Origin: Candidatus Omnitrophota bacterium
GTDB taxonomy: Bacteria > Omnitrophota > Gorgyraeia > Tantalellales > Tantalellaceae
Assembly: GCA_015231405.1 (NCBI GenBank)
Contig: JADGBR010000001.1
Span: forward strand, 155,964 to 219,963
Reading direction: 5' to 3'
Length of the DNA stretch: 64,000 nucleotides
Numbering within the stretch: position 1 is the stretch's first letter; each line of letters begins with the position of its first letter. The position numbers were made by a program, and so were the translations under genes. Positions 19,585-29,800 of this stretch are shown here, one piece after another. Under the pieces are notes generated by a model. That model ran no database searches. It was not told where the DNA came from and saw only the letters and a program-made list of their open reading frames with translations.

Positions 19585-19622
19585 GACGAGTTTCGGCTAT
19601 AAGACGCCGGGGAGGGGTTTAA

Positions 19623-20021
19623 ATGGGCGACAGATTATGTCCCAGCGAGGAAGTGCTTTCCGAATATTTGTCGGGATGCCTGCCTGCTGAAAAAATCGAA
19701 GAGACTGAAAAACACCTGGTGTCCTGCGGGGAATGCGGAAAATTGCTGTTTGAGGCCAGGGACGTGCTCAGAACCGAAGAAGCACGCGCGTGGATCTCGT
19801 CTCTTACCGTATGGTTTAGGGCAAGGAAATATGCTTCCGGAGCGCTAATTTCAATAATTCTATCTTTCGTCATACACGGATACTTCTTACAGTTCATTGC
19901 AATTGCCGTTATTTTTGGATACAAATACGTTTCAGATGGCAGGGCTATAAGGTTATCCTCAAGGAAAGAAATGGCCGGAAGAAATTTTAATTCAAGCGAG
20001 AGAATAAAAAAGAAAGCATAG
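19623..20021 (+). CDS. putative zinc-finger (zf-HC2) anti-sigma factor with TM segment
   Basis: C-x...H-x3-C-x2-C (CPSEE...HLVSCGECGKL) followed by a hydrophobic helix. Immediately downstream of the ECF sigma. Confidence 0.5.
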   Translation: MGDRLCPSEEVLSEYLSGCLPAEKIEETEKHLVSCGECGKLLFEARDVLRTEEARAWISSLTVWFRARKYASGALISIILSFVIHGYFLQFIAIAVIFGYKYVSDGRAIRLSSRKEMAGRNFNSSERIKKKA

Positions 20022-20261
20022 CTTATTACCATAGTGACATCTGCCCAAACTAGTCAAGCCGATTTATTCACGCGTTCCCCGATAGCCGGTAAACGCCTGA
20101 GGATCGTGAGAAAGGTTGCTGACTTTCATGTCGCCGATGGCGTGTTGAAAGACAACAAATATCGGTATAATATCCTCCTGATGCTAAGCTTGCATTAATA
20201 ATAATATCGGTGTAAACTTATTTACGAAAAGTTTGATTGCATACAACCGGGACACTTACTA

Positions 20262-21233
20262 ATGAACAAGATCAGCTTAACAATGATATTGCCGGCTTTT
20301 CTGGCGTTCCCTGTGGCTTTATCTCTTTCGGATACTGTCGTAATGAAATCAAATGAGAAGATAAAAGGGGTAGTCCTGGAACAGTATAATGACAGGGTCC
20401 TTGTTTCGACCGCGGATGGTGAAACCGAGATAATGAAAAAAGATATCGGCGATATCGTGTATGATCGGGAGGAGCAGAACTTTGCCAGCATGGGGGATTA
20501 TTATCAGGAAAAGCGGATGTATCAGAAAGCGTATTATTCTTATGAAAAGGCTTTGAAGATCAACCCTGATTTTAAACAAGCAAGGGACGGGATCAATTAT
20601 GTGTCGACTTATCTCCAGCAGGAGGAAAGGATGATAAAGCTTGATCACATAAAGAACATGAAAACAATGACTTACGGGAAGATAAAAAAAGATGAGGGGG
20701 CGTACGGGACCGATCAAAAAGAAAAGGATGTAAAAAAAGACCTGGGTATAGTGATAAAAAGCGGTAAAGAGCTTTATGTTATAAACGAAGTAGTTAAAGG
20801 ATCTCCGGCCTACACCGCGGGAATAAAAAAAGGTGACGTGTTGGAATCACTTTGGGGAAAATCAGTGAAGTATATGGACATATCGGCCGTGACATCGCGA
20901 TTGGAGGATCCCGGGGTCATGGATATTCAGGTCACTGTGCAAAGGACATATCTCTTTGACGTTACGCGTGCAAAAAAATCGTTCGGGAACAGACTTGGCA
21001 TTAAATTCGGATATTCGGAGATGGAGGGGTTGAAGGCCGATGATATACGTAAAGGCAGCCTGGCAGACTCGAAAGGCATGATAAAGGGCGATAAGATAGT
21101 TGAAATTCAGAATACCTCAACGACGTTCATGACAATGGAACAGATCCTCGCTTTGATCAACACCGAGGGGGTTAAGAAGGTGATGGTGAAGATCAAAAGG
21201 GAAATCGTTATGTGGAAAAGTATCAAATCCTGA
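20262..21233 (+). CDS. periplasmic TPR plus tandem PDZ-domain protein
   Basis: Signal peptide. TPR (YYQEKRMYQKAYYSYEKALKINPDF). Two PDZ-like segments (GIVIKSGKELYVINEVVKGSPAYTAGIKKGDVL; GIKFGY...GMIKGDKIVEI). Confidence 0.6.
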   Translation: MNKISLTMILPAFLAFPVALSLSDTVVMKSNEKIKGVVLEQYNDRVLVSTADGETEIMKKDIGDIVYDREEQNFASMGDYYQEKRMYQKAYYSYEKALKINPDFKQARDGINYVSTYLQQEERMIKLDHIKNMKTMTYGKIKKDEGAYGTDQKEKDVKKDLGIVIKSGKELYVINEVVKGSPAYTAGIKKGDVLESLWGKSVKYMDISAVTSRLEDPGVMDIQVTVQRTYLFDVTRAKKSFGNRLGIKFGYSEMEGLKADDIRKGSLADSKGMIKGDKIVEIQNTSTTFMTMEQILALINTEGVKKVMVKIKREIVMWKSIKS

Positions 21234-21237
21234 AACT

Positions 21238-21813
21238 TTGACGAACGAAAGGAACCTGCAAACCACATGGAGGAAAATGGGCGAAGCTAAATTTAGGAGA
21301 AAACAATACGTTGTCCTCTGGAGATTCCAGTTAAAATATGTCATGTATATCCTCTTGTTCCTTTATATCGGCGCGGCCGTGGCAGGATATACCGTTTATT
21401 GGACTACATGGGTTACGCTTGGCGAGAAACTGGCGAACGTTTATCCCCAGGGTAGGCTCGTATATATTTACAAGCAGGCAAATCTTACCCTGCTTTTCAG
21501 GCTGGCCCTAATAACGCCTATATTTATCGTGACCGGCATAATGCTGTCACACAGGATAGCCGGCCCGATATACAGGATCTGTAGCTATGTGAACGAGCTC
21601 ACTACCGGTGATTATTCTAAAGGGATAATCCTCAGAAAAAAAGACGAACTGAAACAGATAGCCGAAAAACTCGTCGCTCTCCGGGACAGCCTGAGAAAGA
21701 GGGATGAGGAGCGTAAAAAGGTAACGGGCGATTTGATCAAGAAACTCGAAGAGTTGAAGATCCCAGATGATACGATTAAAGGTATAAAGCTCGATCTCGA
21801 AAGGATCAGGTAA
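21238..21813 (+). CDS. two-TM membrane protein with HAMP domain and no output domain
   Basis: Two TM helices then HRIAGPIYRICSYVNELTTGDYSKGI...ELKQIAEKL (HAMP-like). Start may be 21280 or 21337. Confidence 0.5.
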   Translation: MTNERNLQTTWRKMGEAKFRRKQYVVLWRFQLKYVMYILLFLYIGAAVAGYTVYWTTWVTLGEKLANVYPQGRLVYIYKQANLTLLFRLALITPIFIVTGIMLSHRIAGPIYRICSYVNELTTGDYSKGIILRKKDELKQIAEKLVALRDSLRKRDEERKKVTGDLIKKLEELKIPDDTIKGIKLDLERIR

Positions 21814-21819
21814 GAGCGG

Positions 21820-23205
21820 ATGAAATATATTTTGATCGTTGAAGACGATCCAGACCACGCCGAACTCGCCTCGTCGGTCATCAAGGTCACCATGCCCGAC
21901 TGTAAACCTCATGTCGTCCATTCCAGAGATGATTGCATGGAGGCAATAAAAGGGACGGATTTTGACGTTATACTTCTGGATTATTATCTTGGCGACGCCG
22001 AGGGAATAAAAATTCTTGAGGAAATAAAGGAAATAAATCGGGATGTGCCGGTTATTATCGTTACGGGGCTCGGGAGCGAAAGGATCGCCGTAAAGATGAT
22101 CAAAATGGGCGCTTATGATTACCTGGTCAAATCGGAAGATTATCTGGAAGCTCTTCCAGTGACGATAAAAAGGGCATTGAACGCACATGAGGATGTGGTC
22201 CTCAGGCGGGAGGCCGAGGAAAAGGCCAGGGAAAGCGACGAGCAGTACAGGAATTTGGTAGACAACATCAATATAGGCATTTACAGGAGCGCGGGAGATA
22301 ATTACGGGACAATCATTCAGGCGAACCAGGCCCTTTCGAGGATATTGGGATACACCCCGAACGAGATAACGTCTAAGATACGCCTTTTCGACCTTTTTGA
22401 CGATGCCGTCGTAAGGAAAGAATTCCTCGGCCTTCTCATAGTTAGGAGCTCGATAATCGGCTACGAATGCCGTCTCGCGAGAAAAGACGGAAAAAAAGTA
22501 TGGGTTTCGGTTACAGCGAAAGTCCAATTTGACGGCGCTAATAATATCAAATGGATCGACGGGACGGTAGAGGATATTACCGAGAGGAAAAAAGCCGAAA
22601 TAGAACTTGCCGAAAGCGTTTCAAGATTACGGGTTATATTCAAGGATATCGTGTCGGCGCTTGCCGCGACCAGCGATCTAAGGGACCCCTTTACCGCCGG
22701 ACATCAGAAAAGGGTCGCTCAGCTTGCCGTGGCGATAGCCGCTGAAATGGGTTACAAAGGAGAAAAACTGGAAGAAATTGAAATGTCGGCTCTTGTGCAT
22801 GATATCGGGAAGATCAATATCCCGATAGAGATATTGAGCAATCCAAGGCGATTAACGACCCTGGAATATGAGATGATAAAGACTCACGCACAGGCCGGCC
22901 ATGACATACTGAAGACCATAGAGCCTCCCTGGATAATAGCCCAGATAATTCATCAGCACCACGAGAGGCTGAACGGCTCAGGTTACCCCAAGTCTCTTCT
23001 TAAGGAAAAGATACTTCTCTCGGCCCAGATCCTGTCCGTCGCGGACGTCGTCGAGGCGATGTCATCGCACCGTCCTTACAGGCCCGCGAGAGGACTGTCC
23101 AAGGCCCTTGAGGAGATCAGCCAGAATAAGGGCAAGCTTTACGGTGATGATGCGGTCGAAGCTTGTCTGAGGATATTCACAAGAGGGTTCGTGTTCAGAG
23201 ACTAA
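21820..23205 (+). CDS. response regulator with REC, PAS and HD-GYP domains
   Basis: REC with phospho-acceptor Asp (VILLDYYLGD). PAS (EQYRNLVDNINIGIY). HD-GYP (HDIGKINIP ... HHERLNGSGYP). Confidence 0.8.
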   Translation: MKYILIVEDDPDHAELASSVIKVTMPDCKPHVVHSRDDCMEAIKGTDFDVILLDYYLGDAEGIKILEEIKEINRDVPVIIVTGLGSERIAVKMIKMGAYDYLVKSEDYLEALPVTIKRALNAHEDVVLRREAEEKARESDEQYRNLVDNINIGIYRSAGDNYGTIIQANQALSRILGYTPNEITSKIRLFDLFDDAVVRKEFLGLLIVRSSIIGYECRLARKDGKKVWVSVTAKVQFDGANNIKWIDGTVEDITERKKAEIELAESVSRLRVIFKDIVSALAATSDLRDPFTAGHQKRVAQLAVAIAAEMGYKGEKLEEIEMSALVHDIGKINIPIEILSNPRRLTTLEYEMIKTHAQAGHDILKTIEPPWIIAQIIHQHHERLNGSGYPKSLLKEKILLSAQILSVADVVEAMSSHRPYRPARGLSKALEEISQNKGKLYGDDAVEACLRIFTRGFVFRD

Positions 23206-23221
23206 TGCGCGCCTTGCCCCG

Positions 23222-23446
23222 ATCCCGTTCTCCTCTTACTTGGCATGATCCCGGTGTACTATTATGGGCCTTATCCCTCTCGCTTTTTCGACAGGTGAAG
23301 GGTCCGAGTCCTGGCGCCCTCTCGGTATGACAATGCTCGGTGGTTTGTCATTTTCGACGCATATAACGCTACTTTATGTGCCGAATATGTATTCTATATT
23401 CGAAGGACTTGGAAAAAGGAACAAAGGAGGAGGCCGATATCAATAA
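23222..23446 (+). pseudogene. remnant of the C-terminus of an RND (AcrB-family) efflux transporter
   Basis: GLIPLAFSTGEGSESWRPLGMTMLGGLSFSTHITLLYVPNMYSIFE matches the last TM/C-terminal consensus of AcrB-type pumps (GliPLa.stGaGse.rrplG....gGl..st.LTL..vP..Y). Only about 60 aa, frame-broken upstream. No pump body. Confidence 0.5.
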
Positions 23447-23447
23447 A

Positions 23448-23603
23448 ATGGTGATGATAACCTACTATGAGGGGCTGGACTCGGATGTGATGGAGCTTCT
23501 TAATAGGACGGGACTTGCCAATTACACTAATATGACAGGAAATTACGGCCGTGGCGATTGGTCAGGTACTCATCTAGGTGACGATATATGGCCGGGTGAT
23601 TAA
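23448..23603 (+). CDS. small hypothetical ORF (51 aa) upstream of the giant gene
   Basis: AGGAGGAGG about 14 nt upstream of ATG 23448. No homology recognised. Confidence 0.2.
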   Translation: MVMITYYEGLDSDVMELLNRTGLANYTNMTGNYGRGDWSGTHLGDDIWPGD

Positions 23604-23842
23604 TAATGTATTGTACGTTTCCTGCCCTCTGGATCAAGCAGTAAAATTATTGTCCGGTGATCAGGACACTTCGAAAAACTTTTGCCGCTGACGGTATTAA
23701 AGCCTTCATGATGCCGGTTGATGATATAACCTGAACGGTTCTTCAGCCATCATAGTTAGCCACATAAAAAGTTGCAAAAGAGATTTTATTCAGCCATAGT
23801 TAAGGTAATAAACAGATTAAAAATATTAACTACCATCTTACT

Positions 23843-26800
23843 ATGAAAAAATTCAACACGCTAATATTGTTGATTTCTTTTACCATCAATCAGATGGTGA
23901 TCCCCGTAAAAGCGGACGTCGCAAAGCTGATAGATCCCGGTACTTTCTACATACCCGGAAAGATCGGTGAAATAATGACTTTGGTCAAAGGGAATTCAGG
24001 AAAGACCATAATTAATATAACTGACGCGCACTGCAATTATTCTGCCCAGGACAATATCTGCAAGATACTTCAATATTTGACATCAAACGAAACCCCTGAG
24101 ATCGTCTTTCTTGAGGGGGGATCGGGCAAATATGATTTCAGCGTTTTCGATAAAATTAATGACACAGAAATTAAAGAGAGGATCGTCGAAATATTACTTA
24201 AAGAAGGAAGGCTCTCGGGCGCGGAGAAATATGGTATAGGATCCAATAACAGCATAAGGCTCGAGGGGCTTGAAGAAAAGGATCTTTATGACAAAAATCT
24301 CGGGTATTACAGAGGATCCCTGACAATGAAGGATACAGTCCAGCCTTATCTGGATAAATTAAGAGGGATCCTCGCGAAAATCAAAAAGAACCTGTATTCC
24401 GAAGAGATGATCAAGATCGATGATATGTTCGACAGGTATGAGTCAGGGGAACTTAACATAAAAGACCTTATTGTTTTGATCTCAGGTCTTTTGGCGCAAA
24501 AGAGCGCGGATCTCCTGGCGTATAAGAACATAGTCGGCCTCGCTGGGATAGTGAACGATGAGAAGAGGATTGATTTCGAAAGGGCAGAGAAAGAGATGGA
24601 AAATGTGATGGACCTTTTGACCAAAACACTTCCAGGGAACGAGAGAACAAAACTCCTTGAGCAGCTGACGGGATTTAAGGACGGCGATATCGATAAGGAA
24701 ATGTTTTACGGATATCTTTTTAAACAGCTCCGGCTGTCTTCGGCTGACATGTCCAATTACGAGAACCTAAGGAAATATTCGGAATATATATCAGGGTATG
24801 AAAACATCGATAAAGGCGAGCTTGCCAGAGAGATCCGAAGAGCCCGTACTGACCTTTTTGAAAAGTCATTTACTGGAGACGATCAGAAAGAATTATTCGC
24901 GCTAGTGAATTATCTGGTCGCCGTCGATAAGCTCATTAACGCAAAGCTCGTTAAGGAAGAATTCAATGATTATATAAAAATGGCATCAAGAGTTGACCTT
25001 GACGGGGTCAAAGCGTTCATAGCCAAAAACTATCCCATTGACGGGGATCATCTTAATATGAGCGAAGCCCAAAATGAATACCCAATGATCGTGGATCTGA
25101 TGGAAAAATTTTACAAATGCTCTTTTGAAAGGGATGTTGTATTCCTCGGCAAGATCGACAAGTATATGACCGTTAATAAAATGAAGAGCGCGGTCATGGT
25201 TACCGGAGGTTTTCATAAAGATAATCTGAAAGGCCTGTTCGAAAAAGCGGGTTTTAATTACATAGAAGTGATGCCGGTAATTAAAAAGACCGATGTGGCG
25301 AATAATTATTTTAAACTGCTTTCAGGTGAACGGTCCGATCTCGAGGGATTCATTGATACTGCCGTGTCACTCCTTCCCGGGAATTCATTCCTGGCTTTAA
25401 GGAGCGTTTTCTCCGAGATGGGGATATCCGACATAAAGGCAGGGAACGAAACTGTCCTTAAGATCGCGATGCTTGAAAAACTCCTGAACGGTGAGGAGTT
25501 CACGATAAGGACGAAGCAAGGCTGGTGGATAGTGATTTCGCCCGAAGGAGTGAAAAGCGTTAACGCAAACGTATTTAAGAGCGATACCGGAACGATAGGG
25601 GGCCAAAAGATCACCGCGGAAGTATTCAGGCCCGAAGCCAGATTCGACGCAAATGTCAGCGAGGCGGATATCGTTCTTGTGGACGGGGACGAGCTCAATC
25701 ATATTCAGCAGGAGTTGTGGATAGACGGGCTAGGAAAGGAAATGGGGTATAAGGCATTGAGAGATGTCATCGACACGGAGCCATTTATCGACAAGCTTTA
25801 TGAATTCGGCCTTGAAGAGCAGCATGTCGAATATCTTAAGCTGAATTATATTAATACCGATAAGCTAAGGGTGTGGAACGATAAGGACATGCGTATGCCT
25901 GTCGACGGTCATCCCGGAGCGGAGGGCGTTGTCTATTTGACAAGCCATCTTTTCAACGCGAATGACACCAGAGGAGCCGTACTCGCTTTCCTTCACGAAC
26001 TTGGAGGGGCTTATAAGAACGGCGAATTGAAGCGTACCCATGCAGATAATAGACAGCTTGACGACGCTTACGCCTCCGGTGACAGGGACCTCATAAAAAA
26101 GAAGGCTATTGAAATAGTCGAATTCGCTTCCGGCGGGACAGGCATGGCTCGTGGTGAAAAAAGGGATTATGCCGATAAAGTCGATATGGAGGCGGCGAAG
26201 CCGGTAACGATAGAGGACTTTGAGACCCTGACGAGCGATCACCAGAAAGAAAATGTCATAAGGGAGCTGAAAACCATACACGCTGAAATCATGTCGATGG
26301 CCGAGGAATACAAAGAGAGAACGGGTGATCCTAAATACCTGACGATAACGATGAGGGAACAGAAACGGTTCCTTAAAACATTTGAAAGCGTTTATTATAA
26401 ACGCATAAAAGAAACCGGAGACGAAAGTCTTTCGTACGCACATGCGCTTAATACGGCTAAACAGGGCTACTACGATATTTTTCCTGAAAGTTTCGTTCGA
26501 GAGGAGATCGGGGACGTTAATGTACATGACGCCCCGTTGCCTGAAGAACTGGACGCCTTGCATTCCGAGGTCTACCGAAAGCTGTCGAGGGCCATAGACA
26601 CCGATTTTCCGTCGCTTTTCAACTGTCCGGTAGACACTCTTGGAGAGCTGGACGACGCGCTCGATATCTATGTCAGGAACCACAGCGGGATAGGCAAGGT
26701 CGAAAAGGTCGTGTGCACGCCGGATACCGACAGCACGCAGTTGATAGGTTGCCTTCTGCCCGTCGATCCGAAAGACAGGAAGGGAGCGGAAAAGGTGCGG

Positions 26801-29800
26801 TTTGAGATGGGGGTTATTTACCGGATGGTGGAACATGCCAGAGACGATCCGGAACATACGCATATATTAAGATTGGACCAACTGGAGGCTTTATCCCCCA
26901 AAGTATGGGTCATATTGAACCAGTTCCTGTTAACGGACGAAATGACGGTGCCTGAAGCCGACCCGACCAAAGGAAAAGCCGTAAGGAAACTGAAACGGCC
27001 GAAAAATCTGAAGATCATAACGTCTATAAATAAGGGTCTGGATGACAGCGCGTTCTATGACAGGTTTTTAAGAAAGACCATTGACTCCCCGAGCGATGAG
27101 GTGCTGGGGGCATATATAATGAGCCATTATGGTCTTCCGGAATGGGCCGCGAAAGATATGGTCAGCCTGAAAAACAATAATGAAGCGGTAAATAACGGTC
27201 AGTTGTTCATTATCCTGGATTATATCAAAGGCAGGCTGTCGGAATCTGAAAGTAAAGGTGAAAAGGCCTTGAAGGATATCATTGACCAGGAAGTCGGCCT
27301 TTATTTAGGGAACCTTAAACCGCTTAAGCCGGGGGACGGATATGAGACCAAAGTCGAATTCAAGGACGATAAGCTCATGTTTGACGGCGTCGAGCTCGCA
27401 ATTAATGACGGGCTTAGAGCTAAGATAAAACAGGCGGTAAAAAGCCAGGACGACATCGAAGCCATTAAAAAAGCCATAAAAGAAACTGTCTCTATCAGCA
27501 TGACGAGGGACGTGGCGAGGGCCTTGAGCGCTATCGCGAGGAATTACCGCTATGGGAATAAGGTTATCCAGCTCGAGGGCCCTACCGGGTCCGGAAAGAC
27601 CTTCCTCGCGGAATCATTGGCTAAAATGCTGAATATCCCGTTTTATGGGGAACCTTTCCATGCCTCCAGTAAGCAGACAAAGCTTCTTGGGTCTTTTGTC
27701 CCGGATCCGACAGGGGAGTTCTACCTTGATACGGACACGCAGTTCCTCCGGCATATACAAGACGGTGGGGTAATAGCCTTATCCGAACTTAACGCCTGCG
27801 AAAAGGACGGGTACGCGCGATTCGGCTGGTTGATGGTCCCGTTCGCTAGCGGTGAAGATACGCTCGAACTAAACCAGTATCCTTTACCCGGAGAGGGCGG
27901 GGAAATGTTCAGGTCGGTAAAAAGGCATAAGGATTCGATGATCATCATAGACACCAACCCTTCGGACGCTTATAAGTCCAGAGCGGCCCTCCCGCCGATG
28001 CTGAACGCCTATACCCCGAAAGTATGGGTGGAGGGAAAGTATACCATGGAGGAGCTTAAAGAGATATCAGCCGACTTCATCGAAAGTAAAGAGGTAAGCG
28101 GCGATGAAAAGGGTTTCTTTACGGATGTCCTTTCCGAACTCCATTTTAAGGTCCAGGAGGAGCTCGAGAGAACAGATCCGAAGTTATCCAGAGGCCGTGA
28201 GCATATAGTAACGATGAGGGAGCTTACGCGTACGAGTAAAATGATAAGGAGCGAAAATAAGAATAAAGATAAAGGCCAGAACTATTATGACGCGGCCATG
28301 CTTTATTACGGATCGGCGTTCAAGAATGAGGCCGATAGAGAGCTGGTAAAGGGTTATATTAAAGAAATATTATCCGGGCAAGGTATAGCTGTTTCCTGCC
28401 TTAAAGAGAGGGATGACAATTATTTTCTTAGAACGTCGATCCTTAACACTAAAAACTCGACAATGCTCTCGCTTCCGGCGATGGATAACCCCTTTGATGT
28501 AATACAGGAAGCGCTCGGTGAAGAAAAGAATGTCGAGGTCGAAAAGTATAACGCCAATTATTTTACCGACGATTTCGGTCTTTTAGGAGGTTATGTGCCT
28601 AATGAAGGGAGCAAATATAACGAGGAAATGGCCTTCCGCATGGTCGACGGTATCATACTGAAGAACATAAAAAAAGCGTTGAAAGAAAAGGATAAGACTT
28701 TTATCCTGGCTTTCGAGAATTTCCATTATCTGAGGCCCAAGATGGCGGTAGCGCTTAATTCAATACTCCAGGACAGGGTATATTATTCGATAGCTAAAGA
28801 AGGCGGCGTGAAAACAAAAGAAAGGATAGAAATACCCGACAACCTGAAGTTCGTCTCCACCGCTTCTAACGAGGTCGAGTTCCAGATGTCTCTGGCGGAA
28901 CAGTCCAGGTGGGTAAGGATATTCGGTTCCGGAGATAAGTCCAGGGCTCCGCCCGAAGAAAGACAAGCGAAAGTATACGCCGACGCCGATGAATTAAGAA
29001 AAGCTTACAAAAAAGATCGTTCTCAGCTAGACCCGAATATACATCCGGAGCCGGTCACTGACGGGAAAGGGCTTCTCGTCCCGACCAAAGAAATGATGGA
29101 AGCTGAAAGCCGGATGGTTGATGCGATGGACGATGATAAAGTCATTCTCCTGGAAGGCCCCCCTGGAGGCGGAAAAACGGAATACGCTTTGGATATAGCG
29201 AACAGGCTTGGCCTAAAATCCTATCTGTATTCGGCCCACGCGAATTCCCATCTCAGGGACCTTATCGGCAGTTATGTGCAGGATAAGGACGGGAAATATG
29301 TTCTTACGGCCCGTGAAAAAGACGGCCATTTTATGGCTCCGTTCCTTGAATGTCTTAAGAACGGCGGTGTGTTCATTATAGACGAGGGCGCTATAGGAGT
29401 TAACGCCCAGGCCATTATTAGCTGGCTTACGGGTATTGCAAGAGGCGATAAAGAGATAGCCATAAACGAACATCTCGGAATGGATGAGCCGTTAAGGATC
29501 AAAAGGCATGAGAACTTTCATCTTGTCATCACCACAAATCCCGTCGAAGAAACCCCTGACAGGATGAAAATACCCATAGAGGTCCTTGAACGTTCGGAAC
29601 GCATTTGGGTGACGGATGACATTTGCAGGAAATCATATGATAGTATCACGGAATTCTTTTACGATCTTTACGCCGGAAATGACCCGAAAATGGCGGAGCA
29701 TAAGAAGAACTATACCGTTGCCGCTCTTTCAAGCCTCCATATAAAGATGAAAGAAATACTTTCCGCGCAGGGGTTCGTTAATGACCCGGACAGGCATCTT

